In this document: one piece after another, positions 52,792 through 62,014 of the stretch
Position numbering within the stretch: the stretch's first letter is position 1
How the letters are laid out: every line of letters begins with the position of its first letter
Source of the DNA: an uncultured cyanobacterium
GTDB lineage: Bacteria; Cyanobacteriota; Cyanobacteriia; Cyanobacteriales; CAWUOF01
Length of the DNA stretch: 64,000 nt
Direction: 5' to 3'
Assembly: GCA_963744145.1 (NCBI GenBank)
Contig: CAVUSO010000001.1
Span: forward strand, 4,224,001 to 4,288,000
Position numbers and translations under genes: made by a program
The notes under the pieces: generated by a model
Databases searched by the model: none
The model's input: the letters and a program-made list of their open reading frames with translations, nothing else
Told to the model about the DNA's origin: nothing

Positions 52792-53175
52792 ATGATAAAC
52801 CATTCTCTTGAGGGTACTATGTCCGAGATTCAAAAAATGCTATATACCGATGAAGATGGTAAAGAGTACGAAATCCTGATAGAAAATAAATCAGCAGTCA
52901 ATCTTCCTGATGCTGATGTTGATGAAGGACGTGGTTCGCGAGGCGATCGCAGTGAAACAATAATAAAGATGCAGCAAGCTCGTGAAATGATTCGCGGTTA
53001 TGCAGCTTATGCTCTGAGTGCCTTTAAGGATTTTGGGGTAGCAGAAATAGAAGAAATTACCCTGAAATTTGGGTTAAAGATTGGTGGTAAAGCCGGAATT
53101 CCTTTTATCACAGAAGGAACTGCTGAAAGCAACTTGGAAATCGAAGTTAAATGTAAATTTCCTAAGGGGACTTAA
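52792..53175 (+). CDS. CU044_2847 / Trypco1-like protease co-occurring protein (start probably 52819)
   Basis: EEITLKFGLKI.G.AG.PFITEG.AESNLEIEVK pattern; divergent from the caspase-NLR gene. Confidence 0.7.
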   Translation: MINHSLEGTMSEIQKMLYTDEDGKEYEILIENKSAVNLPDADVDEGRGSRGDRSETIIKMQQAREMIRGYAAYALSAFKDFGVAEIEEITLKFGLKIGGKAGIPFITEGTAESNLEIEVKCKFPKGT

Positions 53176-53340
53176 ACAAAATTAAATAAAAAACGATTAA
53201 CTGTTAACTGTAATTACAAGCTAAAATAATTAAACCCTTTGGAAGAAGTGGTTTTAAAGCAATTAAGCTTCGCGGTCAATAATGTGACACTTGATGGTAT
53301 GGGTTCGATCCAACTAGGATTTTAGTGGAAAGTTGTTAAG

Positions 53341-53919
53341 ATGAACAGTTTAACTCTCAACCTACCGCCTGTTCTCAAATTAACAGATGAGCAGTTTGAA
53401 CAATTGGCGGCTGTTAATGGCGATTTAGGTTTAGAATTGACACCGAAGGGAGAACTAATTGTTATGCCACCGACGGGAGGAGAAACCGGAAACCGAAATT
53501 TTGAGGCTTACATTGACTTGGGAATTTGGAACCGTCAAACTCTTTTGGGAAAAGCTTTTGATTCTTCTACAGGATTTCGATTACCTCAAGGTGGTACTCG
53601 TTCCCCTGATATTTCTTGGGTGACGATAGGACGTTGGAATAATCTTACTGAAGAGCAACGCAAGAAATTTTTGCCTTTATGTCCTGATTTTGCGATCGAA
53701 CTAGTTTCAGAAACAGATGATGTGGAAGAAACACGGGCAAAAATGCAGGAATATTTACAAAATGGGTTACGTTTGGGATGGTTGATTAATCCTAAACTCA
53801 GACAAGTGGAAATTTATCGCCCGAATCAAGAGGTAGAGGTTTTGGCATCTCCTACGACTTTATCGGGTGAGGATGTTTTACCAGGGTTTGTTTTAGATTT
53901 AGAGTTCATTTTTTCCTAA
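53341..53919 (+). CDS. Uma2 family endonuclease
   Basis: FDSSTGF, RSPD and CPDFAIELVS. Confidence 0.9.
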   Translation: MNSLTLNLPPVLKLTDEQFEQLAAVNGDLGLELTPKGELIVMPPTGGETGNRNFEAYIDLGIWNRQTLLGKAFDSSTGFRLPQGGTRSPDISWVTIGRWNNLTEEQRKKFLPLCPDFAIELVSETDDVEETRAKMQEYLQNGLRLGWLINPKLRQVEIYRPNQEVEVLASPTTLSGEDVLPGFVLDLEFIFS

Positions 53920-54044
53920 TGGACTCCGATGACTTAATGACACAACTGCAACAACTGGCGAGCCAAAATAATCAAACCATCAACGAACTCAGATTCCTGA
54001 TCTGCGAAAGCACAACAACTATTCGCCCATCTTGCTAATTCAGG

Positions 54045-54332
54045 TCATCGTCAGTTGGGTAGTACATCTAGCTGCTTTTCGTTATGCTGGATTACAACCT
54101 CGCAGGTTTAGCAATTGGATTAGTTGCAGTATTAAGTGAAGCAGTGAGTGTATTTTGGGCAGCTTCTGGGTTACCAGTTCATGCGTTACCCTATAATTTA
54201 GTCACCTTATTATTGTTGTATGTATTAGAATTAGTAGGATATCGTTGGTTAACTAGATATCCTCAACCAACTCCAGTGTCGGTCAGCGATCGCTAGTACG
54301 TCAAGATTTACAGTTTGTCACCCAGAAATCCC
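54045..54332 (+). pseudogene. Three joined fragments of the urea-transporter/M23 gene
   Basis: 54045-54099 matches 43077-43131; 54100-54276 matches 43443-43619; 54277-54332 matches 44725-44780. Confidence 0.9.
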
Positions 54333-54367
54333 GAGTTGGGTTATCTTTAGTTTAATTAGGATAAATA

Positions 54368-54655
54368 TTGATGTCTAATCCGACAATTGAAGCAAAAATT
54401 AGTCTTCCGGTAAGTTTATTAGAAGCGACTAATAAAGCAGTGCAACAAGGAAAAGCAAATAGCCGCGATGAATTTATTATGCGGGCAATTCGCAAGGAAT
54501 TAGCGGCGCTGAAGCGAGCAGAAATTGATGCTTCATTTGCTAAAATGGCGAATGATGCAGAGTATCAAGCCGAAGCATTGCAAATTGCCGAGGAATTTGC
54601 TATTTCGGACTGGGAAGCTTGGCAAATGGGAGAATCTGAATATGAACAGGGGTGA
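54368..54655 (+). CDS. Ribbon-helix-helix antitoxin-like protein
   Basis: ISLPVSLL..SRDEFIMRAI; overlaps a mazF-like gene. Confidence 0.75.
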   Translation: MMSNPTIEAKISLPVSLLEATNKAVQQGKANSRDEFIMRAIRKELAALKRAEIDASFAKMANDAEYQAEALQIAEEFAISDWEAWQMGESEYEQG

Positions 54656-54827
54656 TGTTTACAATGCTCGTCTCGATCCAATTGAGGGATCTGAACAAGG
54701 GGGAAATCGTCCAGTGATTATTGTCAGTCGTAATGCTATTAATGTGAGTAGTTCTTTCGTGATAGCAGTTCCTTGGTCATTGTATAAACCTTCGTATAAA
54801 GTTGCGGGGTTTTATACGCTCATTTGA
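54642..54827 (+). pseudogene. PemK/MazF toxin, truncated after VIAVP
   Basis: MNRGDVY..LDPIEGSEQGGNRPVIIVS; C-terminal half missing. Confidence 0.8.
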
Positions 54828-54912
54828 TGCTTGTCAATAGGTTTTGTAAAAATATTTTATAAAGCATCTAAACGCTATAACAACGTAATACCAATGTTTT
54901 CACGCCACACCG

Positions 54913-55015
54913 TGTAATGTTTCTACGCTCACCTGTAGAAATTTCTATGCTCACCTATAAAATTTTCTACGCTCACAAGATATAATTTCTACGCGGGACT
55001 ATATAATTTTCTATA
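54913..55015. repeat. Direct repeats TTTCTAYGCTCAC at exact 22-bp period (4-5 copies)
   Basis: Copies start at 54920, 54942, 54964, 54986 and 55008. Confidence 0.85.
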
Positions 55016-55347
55016 TTATTTTTACTGGTAGTATAGAAATTATATGAGGCTTAAAGCATTTTATATGTTTTCTTTAGAGAAGAAAAAATCAGGGTCATGG
55101 TTCTCTGGGACTGATTTTGGTGATTAGTCCTGGTTGTGATCGCTAATAAATTAAATATAAAAAAAGCCACAATGGTGCATTACATTGTAGCTAATAATAT
55201 TTTTCATTCTAGGGAAAATTTGGTGCGAGATTTCGGTGATCGTCTAGTATAGACAAGGACTCTTCTCGGCGATCGCCTGTCCGAACTGAACAATGAAGGC
55301 GCGATCGCATCGCCAACTCCCCTACACCCTAAAAAGCGATTAATATA

Positions 55348-57168
55348 TTACCAAGGTAAATCTTGAGGTATTCCATAAGCTTGTTCTAATTGTTTCATAT
55401 ATGTATTTAATTTTCTCAAAACATAATCAGCAAGATTTCCGGGTGTAGTATCAATTGTGTAACAAAATTCTAAACAAATAATTTTATTGCTTGTTTCAAC
55501 TGTTATATCTGGTTTAATTCTTAAATGTGGATGATACTGTTCACATCTAAAGTGAAAGTTTAATCCAGATAATACTTCTTCAAGTGCTAAACAGATAGCT
55601 TTATTAAATGGTTGATCTCCTATTTTTCCTGGTTTAGATGCAGATGTAGCTTCATTAATTTTTTTAAAGGCTTCTCTTGAACTATTTAATGCTTGTCCAA
55701 CTGTGCCACTTTTACGTTTACCAGTAGGATTTTGACTACCAGATAATTGCAAATATAAAGGAGTTCTTTTCAATGTTTCATTTGCTAATTTTTTACCAAA
55801 CCAATGCTTAGGTACATTATATTTTTTTGGATCTTTAAAATCTTCTCTTGAAATTTTAATTTTTGCATCATCAGCGTAAGCAACAATACAACTGATTAAT
55901 GCGTTTGTTGGTAAATACATAATTTTTGTGGTTAACATACGGCTATTTAGAGCTAATGTTAAACGGTGAGGAGGTCAATCAGCTTTTCTTTGTGTATGTT
56001 CAATATAAGGCTGTAAAGGGTTATATTCAGCATTCCACATTTCATTGATATTTTCAGGAATTTGTTTAGCAAAACGTGCTACAACTCCTTCCGCTTCTGG
56101 ATAAGAAAATATAAACCAAACTTCTGTAGATTTTGGAATCGAGTTTTCAATTTGCTTAATATAATTAGTTCTTTGTTCCCAAAGAGTTCTAACATTTTTT
56201 AAATAATCTCTAATCAAATGTTTTTCTTGAGGTTTTTGCTGATAGTCATCTTTCAATTGTTCAAAATCATTATCATTTAATTGAAACTCATGACAACTTT
56301 TTCCACTATTAAAAAATTCAATGGTTTTTCGGGCAATATTAGGATATTCTTCCAGAGGTGGACCCGTAAATTCTATATAAGGAAGTCTACTATGAAACAT
56401 GGTACTAGAGTAATTTTTTGCAAAACTTTGCATTTTTTCTAAATCTTTACGAACTGTTACAGGCCAAATAATCAAAATTGCATATTTACGAAGGAAACTA
56501 TTTAAATCTCTAAAAAAACCTTTCACTTCCTCTTCTTGCTCATCTCCTAAGTTTTCTAAATACTCAATTACGATACATAATTTATTATGATTTTTTTTAT
56601 TCTCTGAAAAAAATTTGATAGCCTCTTGTTTAATTGTTTTGATTAATTCTTTAAGTTTTAATCCAGAATTATCTTCTTTTATTAACTCACTAGCATCAAT
56701 TGATACTATTTCTTGTATCATCATATATTGTTGAAATTTTAATGAACTAATGAATGTAGATTTTCCAACACCGGAAACACCATATAAAAACAATAGATAA
56801 CCATTATTTCTCATGTCTTTTAAAACAGGTATAATTAGTTCTTCAAATTTAGTAACTCGAACAATTAAATCAGGAAGCCTAGATTTCTTTTCTCCAATTT
56901 CTTCTAAAATTTCTTCATAAGTTAATGGCAAGAATAAATCTAAGTTTTCTCTATTATTTGTTTTAGAGTTTGAAATTATTATTTGGGGGGAAACTAATTT
57001 TTCTTCAACAACAATTTGTTCGGCTGATAAATTACCATTTTCATTTACTGAATCTGATTTGAAAATATCAATTTTTGACTGATCTTCTTGAGATTTAGAA
57101 GAACCGTCAAAGTCAGGAAATAATAAAGGTAATTGATCTGGATTGTCTGATCTTTTTCTTCTGGACAT
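55348..57168 (-). pseudogene. P-loop ATPase with putative PD-(D/E)xK C-terminus, interrupted by one in-frame TGA at 55975-55977
   Basis: GVSGVGKS; RKAD*PPHRLTLALNSRMLTTK reads in frame into the 196-aa ORF; IKPDI....ICLEF; very AT-rich. Confidence 0.75.
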
Positions 57169-57454
57169 ATTTAGATACTTAGATTAAAAATTAGGCGAAA
57201 ACTAAAATTAAGGTGAGTCCGTTAAGACCCACACTAAAAATTATACTATACCAAAACCTCTACTGTGTCAAGCTTAGGCATCTTATCCACAGGAATCACC
57301 CGACCGAAATTCTCAAAACACTAAATCTCATGCTCTAATATTTTACTATAAACCTAATTTTCTTTTCAAGATATCTAACTAACTTAATTATTAAGTTACC
57401 TTATTAGTCAAAGTCAATGCTATAATTCCTAGGCTTGTTTATTTCCCACTATCA

Positions 57455-57856
57455 ATGAGTATATTTGCAATTCAGTTTAAGAAAGAGGAACAAGTTAGAT
57501 ATGCGATCGCCACTCAAGGAGATCCAGAATATAACGGGATAGACTCAGGGAATTTAGAGGATGCAAAAACATGGAAAACATCAAAGGGTGCTAAGAAATA
57601 TTTAGAAACTCATGTATTGGTGAACCGCCAAGGCGATAGAATTCGGACAAGATAGGATTCTATAGAAGTAGTAGAAATATCATTAGAGCTTAATAATGAA
57701 CTGGCAAATAATACAGAACTTCAATCTAAGTCTAAGGAAGTTTCTATGATTAATTTTTATCCAACTCCTGAAATTTTGGAATGGTTGGAGAATGAATGGG
57801 ATAATGAGAATAGAGAAACTGATTCAGAATACTTAATCGGAAACTGGAGAAGTTGA
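57455..57856 (+). pseudogene. Hypothetical gene with in-frame TAG at 57653-57655
   Basis: Frame stays open for 66 further codons after the stop (DSIEVVEI...GNWRS*). Confidence 0.5.
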
Positions 57857-57910
57857 TTAGATTGGAACGTGAAGGTTTTTAGGTTGATTTTTTTGAAAGA
57901 GGTATTGATT

Positions 57911-58258
57911 ATGAGCCAAACAGCTTGGAATATTCTCGGTATCCTTACCATTTTGGCAGGGATTTTATTGTTCTTGACAGAACGAGAAAGATTTGTCACA
58001 GTACCTCCAGATCAGTATTTTCAATTTTTCGCAATAGGTTTTTTAATTTTTGGGTTTCTAGGTATAATTGCAAGCACCTGTTTTTTTCCTAAAGTACGTC
58101 CTTTTACTTTGCGAGTTTTGGGAACATACGGGATATTTTGCTGTGTTTTTAATCTAATTACTGGTTTTAAAAAAGGTGACTTTTCTCAATTTCCTATGAC
58201 AATTTGTTTCTGGCTACCGGGCTCAGTTTATCTAGTAGTTAAAGGAAAAATGGATTAA
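57911..58258 (+). CDS. Small hypothetical membrane protein
   Basis: GAGG before ATG 57911; 3-4 hydrophobic segments. Confidence 0.65.
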   Translation: MSQTAWNILGILTILAGILLFLTERERFVTVPPDQYFQFFAIGFLIFGFLGIIASTCFFPKVRPFTLRVLGTYGIFCCVFNLITGFKKGDFSQFPMTICFWLPGSVYLVVKGKMD

Positions 58259-58470
58259 TTTTATTTGCGATCGCCCAAAAAGCAACCCCCTCACCAGAAA
58301 GACAGAATCCTTGTCTGCTAAAGGGTTGAGTGTTATGGACAAATTGGGATTAATTAGCGCTAACTAAGTCAAAAATTTATACTGCTGATGAACATCTGGA
58401 GTTTGAGGTTAAGATACCGGACATGATATAATTCCTCAAACATACCTGTTAACCCTAATTACCAGCTAAA

Positions 58471-59049
58471 ATGAACAGTTTAACTCTCAACCTACCGCCT
58501 GTTTTCAAATTAACAGATGAGCAGTTTGAACAATTGGCGGCTGTTAATGGCGATTTAGGTTTAGAATTGACAGCGCAGGGAGAACTAATTATTATGCCAC
58601 CGACGGGAGGAGAAACAGGCGATCGCAATTTTGAAATTGATGGACAGCTTTGGTTGTGGAATCGTCAAAATTTTCTGGGGAAAGCCTTTGATTCTTCTAC
58701 AGGGTTTCGATTACCAAATGGCGCAACTCGTTCTCCCGATGTGGCTTGGATCAAAATTGAAAGATGGGAAGCTTTAACCCCGACACAAAGAAAGAAATTT
58801 TTACCGCTATGTCCTGATTTTGCGATCGAACTGGTTTCAGAAACAGATGATGTGGAAGAAACGCGAGCAAAAATGCAGGAATATTTACAAAATGGATTGC
58901 GGTTGGGATGGTTGATTAATCCTAAACTCAGAGAAGTGGAAATTTATCGCCCGAATCAAGAGGTAGAGGTTTTGGTATCTCCTACGACTTTATCGGGTGA
59001 AGATGTTTTACCAGGGTTTGTTTTAGATTTAGAGTTCATTTTTTCCTAA
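58471..59049 (+). CDS. Uma2 family endonuclease, paralog of 53341-53919
   Basis: Same motifs; ends are near-identical to the paralog. Confidence 0.9.
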   Translation: MNSLTLNLPPVFKLTDEQFEQLAAVNGDLGLELTAQGELIIMPPTGGETGDRNFEIDGQLWLWNRQNFLGKAFDSSTGFRLPNGATRSPDVAWIKIERWEALTPTQRKKFLPLCPDFAIELVSETDDVEETRAKMQEYLQNGLRLGWLINPKLREVEIYRPNQEVEVLVSPTTLSGEDVLPGFVLDLEFIFS

Positions 59050-59293
59050 TGGATGATTGAATCTGATTCAACCTACGAACTTTCTTCCTCTGTTGGAGAA
59101 AACCACAGTTTCCTTACCTATCGATGGGTCAGCTCCTCACCTACCTCAATATCCCCAATTTTTCTCTTGAGATGTTAATATTTATGTAACGATATATCAC
59201 GATCGGAGCTTTTCTAACTTGATATAATAACATCGCTCACTTAAAAAGCTGTTTTTGTGGTAAGACAAACTTGCAAGTTTTGTCTGAAATTGA

Positions 59294-61255
59294 ATGAAAT
59301 CATCTAGCGACTTCTTAATTATTGGCGGTGGTATTATTGGTCTATCACTAGCAGTTGAACTGAAATTGCGAGGGGGATCAGTAAGAGTCCTCAGTCGGAA
59401 TGCTCCCGAAGGTGCTACTTATGCTGCTGCTGGAATGCTAGCACCTCAAGCAGAAAGAATTCCTGCCGGACCAATGTTAGATTTATGTATCCGATCGCGA
59501 TCGCTCTATCCAGAATGGGTTCGCAAACTGGAGGATATTTCTGGTTTATCGACCGGATATTGGCCTTCTGGCATTTTAGCACCAGTTTATGCAGAAGATC
59601 AGCTCGAAAAAATTCCGACTGATTCATCTTTTTGGTTAGATCATCGGGCAATTCATCAATGTCAATCGGGATTAGGTCCAGATGTTATTGGTGGTTGGTG
59701 GTTTCCAGAAGATGGACAAGTTGATAATCGTGCTTTAGCGGTGGTCTTATGGACATCAGCTCGGGAATTAGGAGTGAATCTGGATGAAGGTGTTACGGTA
59801 GAAGCGATCGAACAACAACATGGTCAGGTTAGTGGTGTCAGAACTACCACAGGTTTATTCACAGCAGGACATTATATTTTAGCTACTGGAGCTTGGTCAA
59901 ATCAGTTATTACCACTCCCAGTCTCTCCAAAAAAAGGACAAATGTTATCAGTCCGAATCCCTGGAGAGGGAAATCATTTAGCCAGAGTTTTATTTGGTTC
60001 GGAAACCTATATTGTCCCTAGACGTGATGGACAAATTATCATTGGTGCTACCACTGAAGAGGTGGGATTTACTCCCCATAATACTCCAGTCGGAATTCAA
60101 GCTTTATTAAACAGGGCAATTCGGCTTTATCCAGAATTGCAACATTATCCTATTCAAGAATTCTGGTGGGGATTTCGGCCCAATACTCCTGACGAGATGC
60201 CGATCTTAGGACCAAGTTTATGTCAAAATTTAAGTTTAGCGATCGGTCATTATCGGAATGGAATTTTGTTAGCACCAGTGACAGCTGTTTTGTTAGCAGA
60301 ATCTATTCAGGGACAAAAATCTGATCCTTTATTAGCAAATTTTCAGTTAGAACGGTTTTTCTTGACTAATTCAGCTTTGTGTGCATCCAAACCAGATCAA
60401 TATTCCCCATCTATGCTAACTTATCCCAACCCAACCCCAGTCATTCCATCGGTTCTAGCTCTTGATCCTCCCTTAATTATTGCCGGTCGTAAGTTTAAGT
60501 CTCGGTTAATGACAGGTACAGGTAAATATCGCAGTATTGCCGATATGCAGCAAAGTATCCTGAAAAGTGAATGTGAAATTGTCACTGTCGCAGTCAGAAG
60601 AGTGCAAACTCAAGCACCAGGACATGAAGGATTAGCAGAAGCATTAGATTGGACTAAGATTTGGATGTTACCGAATACCGCGGGTTGTCAAACGTCTGAA
60701 GAAGCAATTCGAGTAGCGAGGTTAGGACGGGAAATGGCGAAATTATTAGGGCAAGAGGACAATAATTTTGTCAAATTAGAGGTGATTCCTGATCCAAAAT
60801 ATTTACTACCCGATCCGATCGGCACCCTGGAAGCTGCGGAAAAATTAGTGCAAGAAGGGTTTGCGGTATTACCTTATATTAATGCTGATCCGATCCTGGC
60901 TAAACGTTTAGAAGAAGTGGGCTGTGCTACAGTTATGCCATTGGGTTCACCAATTGGTTCCGGTCAAGGGATTAAAAATGCAGCCAATATTCAGATTATT
61001 ATTGAAAATGCTAGGATTCCCGTCGTAGTTGATGCAGGGATTGGGACTCCGAGTGAAGCAGCTCAAGCAATGGAAATGGGAGCTGATGCTGTTCTGATTA
61101 ATACAGCGATCGCTAACGCTCAAAATCCGGCATTAATGGCCCAAGCTATGGGAATGGCTACAATTGCTGGTCGTCTCGCTTATTTAGCAGGGAGAATTCC
61201 AGTTAAATCTTATGCTAGCGCCAGTTCGCCTCTGACTGGGACAATTAACAGTTAA
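59294..61255 (+). CDS. thiO-thiG: Fused glycine oxidase ThiO / thiazole synthase ThiG
   Basis: GGGIIG, AAAGML and [31 protein letters not shown] and DAGIG. Confidence 0.95.
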   Translation: MKSSSDFLIIGGGIIGLSLAVELKLRGGSVRVLSRNAPEGATYAAAGMLAPQAERIPAGPMLDLCIRSRSLYPEWVRKLEDISGLSTGYWPSGILAPVYAEDQLEKIPTDSSFWLDHRAIHQCQSGLGPDVIGGWWFPEDGQVDNRALAVVLWTSARELGVNLDEGVTVEAIEQQHGQVSGVRTTTGLFTAGHYILATGAWSNQLLPLPVSPKKGQMLSVRIPGEGNHLARVLFGSETYIVPRRDGQIIIGATTEEVGFTPHNTPVGIQALLNRAIRLYPELQHYPIQEFWWGFRPNTPDEMPILGPSLCQNLSLAIGHYRNGILLAPVTAVLLAESIQGQKSDPLLANFQLERFFLTNSALCASKPDQYSPSMLTYPNPTPVIPSVLALDPPLIIAGRKFKSRLMTGTGKYRSIADMQQSILKSECEIVTVAVRRVQTQAPGHEGLAEALDWTKIWMLPNTAGCQTSEEAIRVARLGREMAKLLGQEDNNFVKLEVIPDPKYLLPDPIGTLEAAEKLVQEGFAVLPYINADPILAKRLEEVGCATVMPLGSPIGSGQGIKNAANIQIIIENARIPVVVDAGIGTPSEAAQAMEMGADAVLINTAIANAQNPALMAQAMGMATIAGRLAYLAGRIPVKSYASASSPLTGTINS

Positions 61256-61350
61256 GTTTTTTTGATTAATTTTGAAGATTTGTTGCAAAATATGTAGATT
61301 TAATACATAATTTTTGATAAAGTAATCTTAATTAATCAAGAGGTTTTTTC

Positions 61351-61530
61351 ATGCGCTATACCCAAGAAAGTGGTGGACGTTTAAATAATTTTGCCGTTGA
61401 GCCAAAAATTTACCAAGCTGAATATCCCAGCAAAGCCCAGCAAATCAGATATATTTTCATGGGAATTGCCTCATTAGCTTTGGTAAGCGGTTTAATCGCT
61501 GTTGCTTTTGCCGTTTCCAAAGTCGGTTAA
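61351..61530 (+). CDS. psb34: PSII assembly factor Psb34 (Ssl1498 family); not in the ORF track
   Basis: MRYTQESGGRLNNFAVEPKIYQAEYPS plus one TM helix, 59 aa. Confidence 0.85.
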   Translation: MRYTQESGGRLNNFAVEPKIYQAEYPSKAQQIRYIFMGIASLALVSGLIAVAFAVSKVG

Positions 61531-61616
61531 TCGAAAAATTAATAATCTTGATCCTCCAGGTGCCTAATTTTCGAGGTGCCTGGTGAGAAATTTCCCAAAA
61601 AATTAGACCTAGGGAC

Positions 61617-61646
61617 TTGCAAATCAAGATTAGAATTTGTTATAAT
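61617..61646 (+). promoter_or_regulatory. Sigma70-like promoter TTGCAA-N18-TATAAT, probable original tRNA promoter
   Basis: Consensus match; the -10 box is duplicated at 61807-61812 by the MITE insertion. Confidence 0.6.
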
Positions 61647-61647
61647 C

Positions 61648-61803
61648 TAGTACAGTTCAGTTAATTGTAGGGGCGTTCGCGTAGCGTGCCGGAGGCATAG
61701 CATTCGGGCGATAACTTATCACTTAAACAAGTTAATATTATATCCGAATGCTTCGCCCTTCTTCGCCGATATCTCCCAAAATATTCTTAACTGAACCATA
61801 TTG
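61648..61803. mobile_element. 156-bp MITE with perfect 10-bp target duplication tgttataatc
   Basis: tagtacagttcagttaa / ttaactgaaccatattg ends; duplication at 61638-61647 and 61804-61813. Confidence 0.88.
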
Positions 61804-61822
61804 TGTTATAATCAAGGTTATT

Positions 61823-61895
61823 GCTGGTGTAGCTCAGTTGGTAGAGCATTCGATTTGTAATCGAACGGTCGTGGGTTCAAGTCCCTTCACCAGCT
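61823..61895 (+). tRNA. trnT: tRNA-Thr(UGU)
   Basis: gctggtg/caccagc acceptor stem, D arm, ttcga-tttgtaa-tcgaa anticodon arm and gttcaag T loop; CCA not encoded. Confidence 0.96.
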
Positions 61896-62014
61896 TTTAG
61901 GATTGGCTCGATATTGCATCTAGCCGATTTGTGAAAATATGTTTGCAACTTAACCAACAGTTATAGTGCTAGCCAATTAGAAAATGGCTATATTTATAAC
62001 TATGATTAATCGAA

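Noticed and set aside
54084..54296. 70-aa membrane protein ORF
   Set aside because: Chimeric reading of the duplicated transporter fragments.
23563..57856. Stop-codon reassignment
   Set aside because: Interrupting stops are TAG, TGA and TAA, all used as normal stops in the window, and the only tRNA is an ordinary Thr.
30862..59049. Diversity-generating retroelement explaining paralog variation
   Set aside because: No reverse transcriptase in the window, and the differences are not adenine-specific.
59294..61255. ThiO-ThiG fusion as a novelty
   Set aside because: Already known in cyanobacteria.
61823..61895. tRNA as an island attachment site
   Set aside because: I saw no duplicated tRNA 3' end or integrase in the window.
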